Origin: Chrysochromulina tobinii
Taxonomy: Eukaryota
Direction: 5' to 3'
DNA: 44,372 bases
Assembly (NCBI GenBank): GCA_001275005.1
Contig: JWZX01002974.1
Span: 1 to 44,372 of the forward strand
Shown: in pieces, positions 30,301 through 41,511 of the stretch
Numbering within the stretch: the stretch's first letter is position 1
Layout: each line of letters starts with the position of its first letter
Position numbers and translations under genes: made by a program
Notes under the pieces: generated by a model
The model's database searches: none
Told to the model about the DNA's origin: nothing
Seen by the model: only the letters and a program-made list of their open reading frames with translations

Positions 30301-33300
30301 GCCGCCTGCTCGGCCGCCTCGACCTTCGCGCGCGCGCGCTTCGCGATCTTAAAGCGGCGCTGAAGAACGCGCGCGGCCGCGTGCTCCTGTGCCACGTGTA
30401 AGACCGCCAGTTGCTGTTGATGGTCGGCGAAGAGCTCACGTCGCCGTAGCAACTTGACCTCGGCGGAGGCGGCGCGGAACTCGAAGCAACGCCACATGAG
30501 TAATTCGGCTTCGACGAGCTTCATGCGAAGCGCCGGCTTCTGACGAAGCAGCGCCTCCACAAGTGCGCGCGCCACCGGTAGCCACTGAGCGTGAAGCCCC
30601 CCACGCGCCGCCGTCCCTTGCTCATACTTCGGCAGCGCTTCGTCGCAACTATCGAGCGCACGCCGGAGCAATGCCTGTGCGAGCCGCGGTCGGTTGGCTC
30701 TCAAGTGCGCACGTCCCTCGGCGAGCAATGCGTCGATCTCGGACGCCTCGGGCGCTGGCTCGCCCTCAGGCACAGCCACCGGACTTGGCACCATACCAGC
30801 CGGGCTTGTGGCCAGACTTTCCGCGCCTTGCTTACCCGCCGGGCTCGCGGCCACCGCGCCTACGGGTGGCCCCTTTGCGAAGCTCAGGCGACCCGGCTCG
30901 GCCGTTACTCGGCCATCGGTATCGGCGGGTGGCCACGCGGCTGTGCGCCTGCGTGGCTGTGGAGCGAGTGCGCCCGGCGCGGCGCCAGCCGCGTGCTCGC
31001 ATGGCAGCTGGCGTCCGTTGCCTGGTTGCCCCTTGCTGAAGCTGTCGGTCTTGCTGAAGCTTTGTTGCTTGCTGAAGCTTTGTTGCTTGCTGAAGCTTTG
31101 TTGCTTGCTGAAGCTGAGCCTCTGGAGCCTCTCCGAGTGCGCGACCTCGGCCTCCTTGCCAAAGCCGAGCGTCTGACCTAGCTGGTGCACGCTCGCCTTA
31201 GCGATCATCGCCTGACGGAGCCGTTGCGCCTCAGACTTGGGCGAGATCTCCCCAGTGAGCTGTGGCCCCAATGGTGCCCCCTCCGTCTGCGCCTCGCCCG
31301 CCACGAGGTTGGCAGCGAGGACGGCAAGCGTCTCGCCACCTTCGAGGATCACACGGTACCGCGTCGTACCGCCGAGCACGGTGGTACCGACAGCCTGCCC
31401 ACGTCGGCCGTTGAGCTCCGGCCGAGCTGCGAGGCCGACGAGCATGCACGCGCATGGCAGCCGCTCGAGCGACGGCGGACCGGACGACGGCGAACGTGCT
31501 GATGGCGCGAGCTGCGCAGCCGTTGGGACAGCCGTTGTGACAGGGGGTCGAGGCCGGTGCGCGGCGGAGAGGATTCCTGAAGCCGTTGCCGCTGCTGCCG
31601 GCCGCGGCTGGCGAGCCGACTTGTGGCGAGGGGCTCGCGGCGTCGGCAGCCGCGGGCGTGCTGCCAGCGCCGCCCACTGAGCGGCGGCGCAAAGGCGGTC
31701 GCAACGGCGGCAGTTCGTCCACCAGGCTCACCCCTTGAGGGTGGGGAGGTCTTCCTGTGGCCCCAGCTACCTCGTCCGCGATGACCTGGGCCATCGCCGC
31801 GGCCGTGCGCGCCTCCGCCTCCGCCTCCGCCTTCGCCGCCGCCTCTGGTGAGAAGAACTGGCCTGCGATGCCGCCGAACCAATTGCTCGCTGCCTTGAGA
31901 AGATCGTCTTCTCCCGACGCGGCAGCCGGAGCGGCAGCAGCCGCGGGCGTCGAGGTGGAGGCAGAGGCAGCCTCAGCGCGGCGGCGGGGCGGAAGCATTG
32001 GGGCAACGGCAGGGGCCGCAGAGCCATCCTCTATGTGGCGGGCGGCGAGGGCGGCGGCGGCGGTGACGGCGGCAGAGCTGGCTGGGACAGCTGCCGTTGG
32101 AGCCGCGGACGTGCCTAGGCTGCGCCTCGGCTTCCTATGCGGCGGCACTGCCGGGGCGCCCCACTCTGTCGGCGACAGGTCGTGAGCCTCGTCAGTGAGC
32201 TCAGCGGCAGTACTGGTCTGGGACTCGGCCGCCTCGGCGTGCGCAGTTTCGTTGCCGAGGCCATCGACCCAAGCACGCAACGGTGAGCTCTCCCCGTCAG
32301 TGCGAGCGCCGTGATGAGCGCCGCGCCGCGATGGCATCCGCGGCGGCGAGCCGCGCGCCGGCAGCTCCGGGCCGCCGAGCGTCGGCGCGGGCGCGCTCTC
32401 GGCCCCACCCTCGGAGAGTTTGGCCGGTGAGTTGGGCGCCGAGCTGGGCGCCGATCCGTGGCTTGAACGGCGCGGTGGCGGCGGCGGCCTTGGCGAGTCG
32501 GGCCCGGTGTCTTCGTCGGAGAAGGGCTCGCCACTCGTCTCGCCACTCGTCCGGCGCGGCGGCGGCGGCGGCGGCGGCTCGTCGAGCTCGTCAGCCTCAT
32601 GGATCGCAAGCGCGCCCTCCTCGTACTCGCCCTCCGGTGCGCGCCGGAAGGAGTCACGTCGGAAGCTGTCGCTCTGGATCATCCTCGGCCCTCCGATACG
32701 GCTGAACGAGTTGATGCGTCCAAACGAGTCACCCTCGCCCGCCCCCTTACCGAACGACTTGCCACGACGCATCGCGGGCAGCGAGGAGCGCATCGAGAAG
32801 GAGATGTTGCGACCCCGCCCCCGCATGCTCGGCGGCACCGGCAGCCGGCCCGCATTCGCGATCCGCCAGCGCAGGCGCCACTGACGCCGCCGCCATTGCG
32901 TCTGAATGTTGCGCAGCGCGTCCGTCCGGGTAGTCGCCTCGGCGTGGACGAGCGTGTCGCTGTCGTCAGTCCCCTCGCCGAGCTCCTCGAGAAAGGCACG
33001 CAGCGAGTCGACCGCGGCGCGCGTGTCGCTGTGCAGCGTGCCAATCGAATGCATGCATAGCTGCACCGCCTTCTCGAGCGAGCCGCGAGCTGGCTCGATC
33101 TCCCCCGCCTCACGGCGCACGAGCCCGAGGTTGTGGTGGCCGATCCCCACGAAGGCGTGCTGCGGCCCGAGCGCCACCTCGTACAGCTCGAGCGCGCGCA
33201 GCAGCCGCGTGATCGCGGCGTCGGTCTCGCCGCGCTGCTGGAAGCAAATTGCCGATGAGTTGAGTGCCGACGCGAGCTCTGTGGCCAACTCCATCTGACG

Positions 33301-34887
33301 CTTCTTGGCCCCGCCGTCGTCGTCCTCCTCCTGCTCTGCCGCGGCGGAGGCGGCCGCGGCCTCGTCGAGCGCGAGCTCGTAGTGGCGCTCGGCGAGCAGG
33401 TAGGTCGCAAGGGCGGCCTCGTGGTCCGAAGCCTCCCAACGCAGCGCCCCGAGTGCGGCGTACCCCTGTGCGAGCACGATCGGATCGATGTCTTCCTGCT
33501 GCGACTGGAGCTCAAGCTGGCGCCCGAGGAGCATGGACGCCTCGTCCACGCGCTTCATCTGCCAGAGTACCTCGACGAGGGACGCGAGCACCTCGACCGA
33601 ATCCTCGTGCGTCGCCCCCAGCTCAGCGGTGTGCACGTGCAGGCACACGCGCAGCAGGCCCTCGGCCGCATGGAGTTTACCCTGCTGGTGCATCATCTTG
33701 GCCAAGTTGGAGAGGCAGGTCGCCGTATGCAGGTGCGCATCGCCAAAGAGCTCCGCGTACAGCGCGAGCGCGGTGCGGCACTCCTGCTCGGCGTCGTTCA
33801 GCTCGCCGAGCTCCTGCGTTCACCAGGTGCATGCAGGTTACATGCAAGTCAGGTGCTTGCCAGGTGCAAGTGCATGCCGTGACGCCGAGAGAGCGCTGTG
33901 GGCGATGACATCTGCCGATTGCAAGGGAGCGCGTGCGGGCGCAACGGCAGCGGCAGCGGGCGCGGGCGGGGCGGTGCGTGCGCTGCGGATCGGGTGGGCG
34001 GCGGGTTGCATGCAGAGGATGCGTGCGGCGGATGCATGCGGATCGGGTGGGCGGCGGAGGCGAGGTGCGCGTGCCTGGAGAGCAACTGCGAGCTCATTGT
34101 GGCCTTCGGCAACCTCGAGCGAGACGGCGCCGTGCATTGTGCGTTTCACTTCGAGGCTCTTGCGCAGCGTTTCTACCGCTGCCACGCTCATTCCGCCGTC
34201 GGCGAGGGCGCGCGCCAACTGATCATAGATGAGCAGACTCTGATCGCTAAAGGTTCCGAGGGCCGTCTCTCGGATCTCGAGGGCACGCTGGAGCAGCGGC
34301 ACGGCGAGCAACGGCTCCTCGAGCTCGGCGAGGACTGTGCTGAGCTCGAGCAGCGCGTCCGCCAGCAGGTCCTGCGCCCTCGTCAGCTCGTCTGCGCCAG
34401 CCTTCGGATCCATGCTCGCGACGGCTTGCGTTCGCCTATCGACGAGCTCCTCGAGCAGTTCGCGCGTGTCTGAGCCGCGGCCTAGCTGCCAAAGCACGCC
34501 AGCATACGTGCTGAGCGCCTGCAGCGTGCGATCATCCATGTTGCCGTAGGCACGGCTCGTCAGGTCGTGCTCCTCAATGACGAACTTGAGAGCCACCTCC
34601 CAGCTCTCCTCGTCGATGAGCTCTGCTGCACGCTCGGCGATGGCCGCAATGTCGTCGGGCGTCACGTAGCTCCGCGTCCCTGCAAGAGAGGAGCTCGTGC
34701 TCGTCGTCTCACTGCTTGCTGGAGCTGTGCTGCTGCTGCCGCTGCCTGAAGGGGGTCCTCCGCCCTTTACCTTGGAGAGCGGGGCGCTCACATGCTTCAG
34801 GTCCATAAGCGCTGCCGTCAATGAATCCTCCACGATCACGCCCAACGGTTGCCAGTCGGGCGACACGGTACGAACGTTCGGCGGCAT
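27360..34887 (-). CDS. Very large TPR (kinesin-light-chain-like repeats) / IQ / low-complexity protein; GC-AG intron 33814-34074 and apparent frameshift near 31545
   Basis: ATG at 34887 (MPPNVRTV). KLC-type TPR repeats: LLQRALEIRETALG, LRKSLEVKRTMHG, LLRALELYEVALGPQH..VGIGHHNLG. The intron CAG|gcacgc...aacgcag|GAG joins ORFs 33838-35088 and 31231-33705 in frame. The frame of ORF 27360-31445 has GLAARPELNGRRG..RYRV and IQ-like AAARVLQRRFK. It could instead be two genes. Confidence 0.65.
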
Positions 34888-34957
34888 TCTGCTGCGACCG
34901 AGCACGCGGAGGGCCTTCTCTGGGACGGTTCGAAGAGCGGTCGGCACAGGAAAACAA

Positions 34958-35146
34958 CCCAAACGAAGACACGAATAATTCGACGGGCGCTCGTTTGCTT
35001 GTGAACATGTGTGTGGGACACCCAAACGAAGACACGAATAATTCGACGGGCGCTCGTTTGCTTGTGAACATGTGTGTGGGACACCCAAACGAAGACACGA
35101 ATAATTCGACGGGCGCTCGTTTGCTTGTGAACATGTGTGTGGGACA
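34958..35146. repeat. Perfect 63-bp tandem repeat x3 in a divergent intergenic region
   Basis: cccaaacgaagacacgaataattcgacgggcgctcgtttgcttgtgaacatgtgtgtgggaca at 34958, 35021 and 35084. Confidence 0.95.
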
Positions 35147-35377
35147 TGTAATCAGTCGTGACTAACAGCTGTTGTCAGTCAGTCCAATCAGTGACTCTCT
35201 ATGCACAAGACATGACACTTTACATTGTATTCCCCTTCCACATACAATTGAACTTTGGGAGCTGGATGGTTGTCCCACATGAGGCGGCCTGACGGGCTGT
35301 GATCTGTTTCCGTAACCGCCAAAAATCAGCGAAACTGAGGTGATTCACGTGAACGTGAACGTGATTCACAGCACAGG

Positions 35378-36451
35378 ATGGTCGCCCTCGCCGCCTCGGT
35401 CATCGAGGGCTCACTGCTGGAAGGCATAACGGCAGTTCTATGCACACGCCAGCTCGACGCAGAGGGCTTTCCACGCGTACCATCACTCGTCGGCTCACTC
35501 GTCCGCTTCGGCGTCCCTGGCACCGTAGCCGAGCTCCTCTTGAGTGTTCCAGAGCAGGATGTGGCCCCGCTGCGTGAAGCGTTCGAGTCTAGAAGAGCGA
35601 CGCTGTGGAAGAGTGGTGGGCGCTGGCACGCACCGCCTTGCCGTGGATACTTAAAGCTTGTGATGAAGCGGTCTTTTAGCGTGCGAGTCGTTGGCGACTC
35701 CCAGGTGTTGCCGTCGTCACGTGAGCTGCTCACATCTCTCACGCCAGCAGCCGAGAGGTCGGGTGGCGGCCGCGGTGCCAACTATCGCATGCAGATGCTT
35801 ATCAAGCTGGGCATCGCGCGGCTGGTTCGAACGCGCCACTATCTTACCTTCGACAGCGACGTCTTTGCCAAGCGCCCCTTTGGCATCGCCGACCTGTTGG
35901 TGGACGGCAACAAGGCCCTTATCCAGGGCGAGATGCAGGATAGTGGGAGCACCCAGCACAGACGCTCGTGGTGGGAAGCCGCCGCGCGCATCTTCCACGC
36001 ACCTGGCTGCGTGAAGGCCCACACCCGTGCTATCGGAGTGACCCCAGCCCTACTCGTCACTGCCATCGCACGCAACTTAACTGCGAGGATTGAACGTCTT
36101 TGGGGACAGGGCCGTATACCGCCCGTCCCGTGGGACGCATTGCTCTTCGAGCAGCTCCGGAATACAGATTGGACCGAGTACACGCTGTATTACACATACG
36201 CGTGCGCATCTGGGGAGGCGGACATTTTCCATGCCGTGGGTGCTCGTCGGCTGTACGATGCCAACGGCTTCGGATGGGGCGCATGGCAGACGATGCGACA
36301 GAGGCTGCAACACGAGTTTGCAGGGACCGGGGCCTTCTTTGGAGTCGTGCAGTCGATCGGGGGCGCAGATCCGATGGAAGTGAGCGCGGCAATGAGACCG
36401 TTCATCGTGCCGCGTGAAGATGAGTACAATGTCAGTATGCGCCGACGGTAG
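35378..36451 (+). CDS. Putative GT-A-fold nucleotide-sugar transferase (DUF6492-like)
   Basis: NYRMQMLIKLGIARLVRTRHYLTFDSDVFAKRP carries a DxD motif after a QxxxKL helix; GVTP and WTEYTLY motifs follow. Confidence 0.6.
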   Translation: MVALAASVIEGSLLEGITAVLCTRQLDAEGFPRVPSLVGSLVRFGVPGTVAELLLSVPEQDVAPLREAFESRRATLWKSGGRWHAPPCRGYLKLVMKRSFSVRVVGDSQVLPSSRELLTSLTPAAERSGGGRGANYRMQMLIKLGIARLVRTRHYLTFDSDVFAKRPFGIADLLVDGNKALIQGEMQDSGSTQHRRSWWEAAARIFHAPGCVKAHTRAIGVTPALLVTAIARNLTARIERLWGQGRIPPVPWDALLFEQLRNTDWTEYTLYYTYACASGEADIFHAVGARRLYDANGFGWGAWQTMRQRLQHEFAGTGAFFGVVQSIGGADPMEVSAAMRPFIVPREDEYNVSMRRR

Positions 36452-36881
36452 CCACACCGAAACAATGCAGATTCATGTTGCATACTTATGTTTGTAGTGA
36501 TTGCGCTCGCGTTCGGTTGGGAAAAGAGATGGCCCCGGTGTCCCTGCAAACTCGAAGAACGCAAGTGAGCAAGGACCAAGGTCGGGTGGCAAGCACCCGC
36601 GGACGCGAGACAAGTAAACGCGACATGTACTAGTACCGTCAGAGGCCTCGTGCACCGGCGGCGACTTCCGTTAGCTGGAGATGCGCCGAGCGACTCCGGT
36701 AGACAGATAGTGGGTGTGTCCTGGTGTGTCATCACTTCCAAAAAAGGGATTTCACGACTCGAAACATAACAGCATATCGGCACTATATAGATGCTCGCCG
36801 CCGAGAGGGGGCGAATCGAGTCGATGTGGGGTTAGAGGCGTGGCCACTGCGTTCCTCTGACGTTTTTCAGCTTATAGAAAT

Positions 36882-37733
36882 ATGCCATCGGAACTCCGAC
36901 ATCTCGTCGAGAGCCGAGCCGAGCAGGCGACTCGGGTCGGTGGGATTAGGCGTGGCCACTGCGTTCCACTGACGTTTTTCAGCTTATTGACGCTGGGAAC
37001 CATCGTCGCCATTTCCTCCTACGATCGAGCTGAGAGTGGTGTCCCGCAAGAGCCGCCGGCAGATCCAAATGATGCACGGGCGCCGGAGGCTCTGCCAGTA
37101 TGCGGCGACGGGCGCTGCGACTACGACTATTTCACATCTCCAGAAACAATGGATACTTGCATGGCCGACTGCCCTGGGGTGACGACGCCAGCAGAGTGTG
37201 GTGAAGAACCTCACAGTGATCCCGGCGGCCATGCGGTCACATGGGGAGCCTCGCGTATAAAAGAGACGGCAGCTCAATGCTGCGAGGCGTGCGCCGCGCA
37301 TGCTCGCGACCCCAGACATCGCAAGAAGCCATGCAACAGCTGGGTCTTCTGCCACGCGCGGCCATATTGCTGGTCCTTGGATACGGGCAACTTCCACAGT
37401 TACGGCGAGTGCTGGCTCAAGCATCAGTCGGATCCAGCACATCCGCTGTACGGCCAGCGCGGCAAGTTCACAGCCGAGTTTCGTCTCAAGCACGCAAACG
37501 CGCACAAGACTGGCCGCATGCCCAACGGCGCGCCACGCAACCTGTCGGTGCCCACGCACGTTCCCTGGACTGGGGGCATCATGCATCGCAAAGTCGGCTT
37601 GTCAGTGAAGTGGGAGACTGGACTCAACGGCATGCGATCTTCCACGGGTGAGACGGAGGTCTTGTGGCGCGCGTGGGAGAGCAAAGAGCAAAATCTCGCA
37701 CGCGGCGTCAAACCTGAGTCAATGCCCCAGTGA
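36882..37733 (+). CDS. Type II membrane protein with Apple/PAN-like Cys-rich domain
   Basis: TM segment LTFFSLLTLGTIVAI; CGDGRC; AVTWG...TAAQCCEAC...CNSWVFC...ECWLK...VPWTGG pattern. Confidence 0.65.
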   Translation: MPSELRHLVESRAEQATRVGGIRRGHCVPLTFFSLLTLGTIVAISSYDRAESGVPQEPPADPNDARAPEALPVCGDGRCDYDYFTSPETMDTCMADCPGVTTPAECGEEPHSDPGGHAVTWGASRIKETAAQCCEACAAHARDPRHRKKPCNSWVFCHARPYCWSLDTGNFHSYGECWLKHQSDPAHPLYGQRGKFTAEFRLKHANAHKTGRMPNGAPRNLSVPTHVPWTGGIMHRKVGLSVKWETGLNGMRSSTGETEVLWRAWESKEQNLARGVKPESMPQ

Positions 37734-38282
37734 AGCTTGCACTCCCCGCGCGCCGACACACCGGACACCGCCGGCCGCCACCCCAGGCCGACGAGAGTCC
37801 GAGCGATATCCGAGCGAGCGCGCGCGACGCTCAGGCCTCAGCTTTTCGACCCTCACGAGACCGAGACCGATGCGCGAGGGAACTTCGGAGCACAGTCACG
37901 CGAAGCCGTAAGAAACGTATTCCCCGCCTGTTTGCTGTGAGCCGTTTTCGCTCGCCTTCCGAGTTTCCCCACGTTAGTCTAATTCACGCGCCCAAAAGAC
38001 CGGTGGTAAACTATCTACGGCGTGTAAGGGCGCGTTACCCTACTGGGAGATACCGATATACGATCGGATGGTTCGGTTCACCTCGCCACTTTCGACAAAC
38101 AACACGATCGCATGCACGATCGGAGGCCACGATGTACACGCGTAAACGCACCGTGTGATCCGTGTCCGGCCGTAACTCTACGCGCCGCATCACGCGCCGC
38201 AAGCACATGTACGGTCGCGTCTCGCACGATGTCGAACGCCCCCCCCCCAGCCCCGCCGGACGCGTGACTATTGTACTGTACA

Positions 38283-40109
38283 TCATATTTTGCTGTCGCC
38301 GCTGCTCGCTGACGTGGGTTCATCGTCGTCAAATGCCTTAAAGCGGCCTGCTCGAAAGAGACGCTTACGTACATATCGGGCTTTGAGGGCCACATGGCGC
38401 CCAAAGGCGGCCTCGATCGCCGCCTCCATCCCGCCAAGGCGCTCGTTTGGCGCGCCTCTATGGATTGGCACCGACCCTGCGGACGACGTCGGTGCAGTCG
38501 TCAGCGAGGGCAGCTCTTGGCCGGTGCCGTCGTAGGCACGTACAATCGGCGTGCTGCGTCTGGCGCGGCGGCAGCAGAGGCAGGCGCCGACCACGAGCCC
38601 TACGAAACACGCCACGACAACGGCGAGGATGGGTTTCGAGTTCTTGGCCGACATCATGAGCGCCGCAAAGCCGGAGAGGGGCGGCGGCGACGAGACGAGG
38701 GACGGTGGCGATGACGGCGGCGAGGGTGGCGATGGCAAAGGAGGTAACGCTTGGCGCGGGCCGCAGTCCGTGCAGTCGGTGCCGAATGGGCAATCGGCCT
38801 GTTGAAACTCCGAGCCGGGGCCGCCGTCGTCGCAATCGCCGTCGGAGGACCAGTTGCAAATCTCCGTGCAAATAGTGAAGGGCGCCCGTGGTGGCGGCGG
38901 TGCCCGCGGTGGCTGCCCTTGGCGCACGCCGCAGTCGATGCAATCAGCGCCGTATCCACAATCAGCGTACTCGGCGCCGGGGCCGCCGTCGTCGCAGTCG
39001 CCGTCGGAGGACCAGTTGCAGTTCTCTACGCACACAGTGCCGGGCGCCCGTGGTGGCGGCGGAGCCCTCGGTGGCTGCCCTTGGCGTACGCCGCAGTCGA
39101 TGCAATCAGCACCGTATCCACAAGCAGCGTACTCGGCGCCGGGGCCGCCGTCGTCGCAGTCGCCGTCGGAGGACCAGTTGCAGTTCTCTACGCACGCAGT
39201 GCCTGGCGGTGTTGCCGGAGGTTGCCCTTGGCGCACGCCGCAGTCGAAGCAGTCAGCGCCGTATCCACAATCCGAGTACTCGGCGCCGGGGCCGCCGTCG
39301 TCGCAGTCGCCGTCGGAGGACCAGTTGCAAATCTCTACGCACACAGAGCCCGGCAGCCGTGGTGGCGGCGGTGCCCGCGGTGGCTGCCCTTGGCGCACGC
39401 CGCAGTCGAAGCAGTCAGCGCCGTATCCACAATCAGCGTACTCGGCGCCGGGGCCGCCGTCGTCGCAGTCGCCGTCGGAGGACCAGTTGCAAATCTCTAC
39501 GCACACAGAGCCCGGCAGCCGTGGTGGCGGCGGTGCCCTCGGTGGCTGCCCTTGGCGCACGCCGCAGTCGAAGCAATCAGCGCCGTATCCACAATCAGCG
39601 TACTCGGCGCCGGGGCCGCCGTCGTCGCAGTCGCCGTCGGAGGACCAGTTGCAGTTCTCTACGCACACAGAGCCCGGCAGCCGTGGTGGACTTGGCGGAT
39701 GCCGTGGAGGACGTGGTGGCGGCGGAGCCCGCGGTGGCTGCCCTTGGCGCACGCCGCAGTCGAAGCAGTCAGCGCCGTATCCACAATCCGAGTACTCGGC
39801 GCCGGGGCCGCCGTCGTCGCAGTCGCCGTCGGAGGACCAGTTGCAGTTCTCTACGCACACAGAGCCCGGCAGCCGTGGTGGACTTGGCGGAGGCCGTGGA
39901 GGACGTGGTGGCGGCGGAGCCCTCGGTGGGGAGAGCGGCGGCAAGTGTGACGGCGATGGTGCCTCACCTGAGCCCATGTCACCGGGTGCGTCAGGTGGTG
40001 CCAGCGAGGGCGGGGGCGACGAGGGCGGTGGCGGCAGCGGCAGCGGTAGCGAGGGTGACTGCGCAAACATGACGTAGGTGACAGCGGAGAGGAGGGTTGT
40101 ACCTACCAT
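38283..40109 (-). CDS. Type I membrane/surface protein with 7 Cys-rich repeats (CxxxCxWSSDGDCDDGGPGxEYxxCxYGxDCxDCG) and Pro-rich linkers
   Basis: Signal-like N-terminus; seven near-identical 6-Cys modules; TM ILAVVVACFVGLVVGACLCC followed by the basic stop-transfer RRARR. Confidence 0.8.
   Translation of the reverse strand: MVGTTLLSAVTYVMFAQSPSLPLPLPPPPSSPPPSLAPPDAPGDMGSGEAPSPSHLPPLSPPRAPPPPRPPRPPPSPPRLPGSVCVENCNWSSDGDCDDGGPGAEYSDCGYGADCFDCGVRQGQPPRAPPPPRPPRHPPSPPRLPGSVCVENCNWSSDGDCDDGGPGAEYADCGYGADCFDCGVRQGQPPRAPPPPRLPGSVCVEICNWSSDGDCDDGGPGAEYADCGYGADCFDCGVRQGQPPRAPPPPRLPGSVCVEICNWSSDGDCDDGGPGAEYSDCGYGADCFDCGVRQGQPPATPPGTACVENCNWSSDGDCDDGGPGAEYAACGYGADCIDCGVRQGQPPRAPPPPRAPGTVCVENCNWSSDGDCDDGGPGAEYADCGYGADCIDCGVRQGQPPRAPPPPRAPFTICTEICNWSSDGDCDDGGPGSEFQQADCPFGTDCTDCGPRQALPPLPSPPSPPSSPPSLVSSPPPLSGFAALMMSAKNSKPILAVVVACFVGLVVGACLCCRRARRSTPIVRAYDGTGQELPSLTTAPTSSAGSVPIHRGAPNERLGGMEAAIEAAFGRHVALKARYVRKRLFRAGRFKAFDDDEPTSASSGDSKI
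38750..39870 (-). repeat. Intragenic tandem array of 7 Cys-rich modules
   Basis: ggggccgccgtcgtcgca(g/a)tcgccgtcggaggaccagttgca recurs seven times. Confidence 0.9.
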
Positions 40110-41511
40110 AATTCCGAGATGCGAGAATCAAGAGGAGGGCGCGGACTTCCTGTACCCCCCGACCCTGATGAGTCGATTACCCCCCCCCCTGATGAGAGAT
40201 ACCCGGTACGGTTCAACCAAAGGGGAGCCAGGGACACACGGGACACACGGGCGTAGCACCGGCTGTCGCGTCTGTCGTGTTAACGTTCACGGGCACACGG
40301 AGCACACAGACGAACGCCTGCAACCTCAGTACCTCACAACCATCCCGCCCCACTAACTGCGTACCGTACACGCACGGACCGCGCGTTTAACGACCGCGTA
40401 CTTGCACGAGTTCCGTAAATTAACGATAGCGAGAGACTTTAAGACGATAAATAAAGGGGACGCGCCCGCCCCGCCCGCCCCGCCCGCCCGCCGCCGCCCG
40501 TCGCTCTCCCGTCCGCCGGCCCCGGCCCCGCCATTTACGATGGGGGATCCGGGCCTGGACCGAGTTCGGTTGGCTGCGTTCGTAAGCGAGCAAGAAATAA
40601 TCTTCTGGCGCGTGAGCGAAAGAAAGATGGGTTCGTGACCAGATTTTTGCCGCGTCAATATCGAAGTGCATTAGGTACTGTATGTGTATTACGTTGTACA
40701 CGTTACGAGAAAGCAAGTAAAGAAAGTAAAAGCTAGTCGACTCTTACGTATACAGTTGAAAGTTCTCAGCCGCCCATCGCGCGCTGCGCGCGGCAGTGCA
40801 CTATAGGGACCTACGCCCTTGGGTAGCCACCACGCCCCAGCGGAGGCCACCAACTCATCTGCGTGCCAGCCTGCAGGCGCATTCTGGCGGCATGCTCACC
40901 ACCCTCAAAATTGCCCTTGAGTCGTGGGGAAATGTCGGATTGCCCCCAAGGATAGAAGGGCAGCGCGAGGTGAGGGACGTACTCGAGGCTGGCGAGATGC
41001 GCTGACTGGTTGTCCAGTGGCTGTGCATATGTTGACAGAGCACTAGTGTAGGTACGCGTGCGCGGCGCGTACTCTGGTAGGCATCGCGGCGCAAAGGCGG
41101 TCGAGCGTTGCCGTTCCGGGCTCCTGTGCAGCGATCCCAATGATCGACTGCGCGTCCCACCAAGGTGTAGCGATGGAATGCGGGCGAGGCGCACGGGCAC
41201 AGCAGAAGTGGCCCCTGAAAAGTGGTCCGCCATGTGTTTGGCGTATGTATCCACACCGGGGAAGTTTCCTCTATGAAAATCGTAACGGCACGGGCCAAGT
41301 TCTCGTTTTCCTTGGAATTTCATCACCTTACGAACATTGAACAATCTGTGGCGCACCACCAATCAATACCATGAGTTCGTGGCTTGAGCTCTGCAACGGC
41401 GTGGTCGTGCTGCTGGCTTTGAGCGGGCTCCCGGCGACCGCCGAGCGCCGACCAGCGTCCGCGCTCAGCGGTGTTGGTGGCGAAGGAGTGCGAGCGCCGA
41501 AGAAGACGCCT

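Noticed and set aside
28513..30363. 616-aa plus-strand ORF and similar long antisense ORFs (e.g. 562-1440, 4592-5557, 22589-23584, 25696-26667, 38854-40077, 41471-42748)
   Set aside because: These are shadow ORFs opposite real genes, expected in high-GC DNA, and show no domain motifs.
34958..35146. CRISPR array, or N-terminal coding extension of the TPR gene
   Set aside because: The units are head-to-tail with no spacers. ORFs run through only because the period is 63 bp, and ATG 34887 is the more plausible start.
40230..40560. GGACACACG short repeats and a (CCCGC)n GC tract as a mobile element or ncRNA
   Set aside because: No termini, target-site duplication or recognisable RNA structure could be supported.
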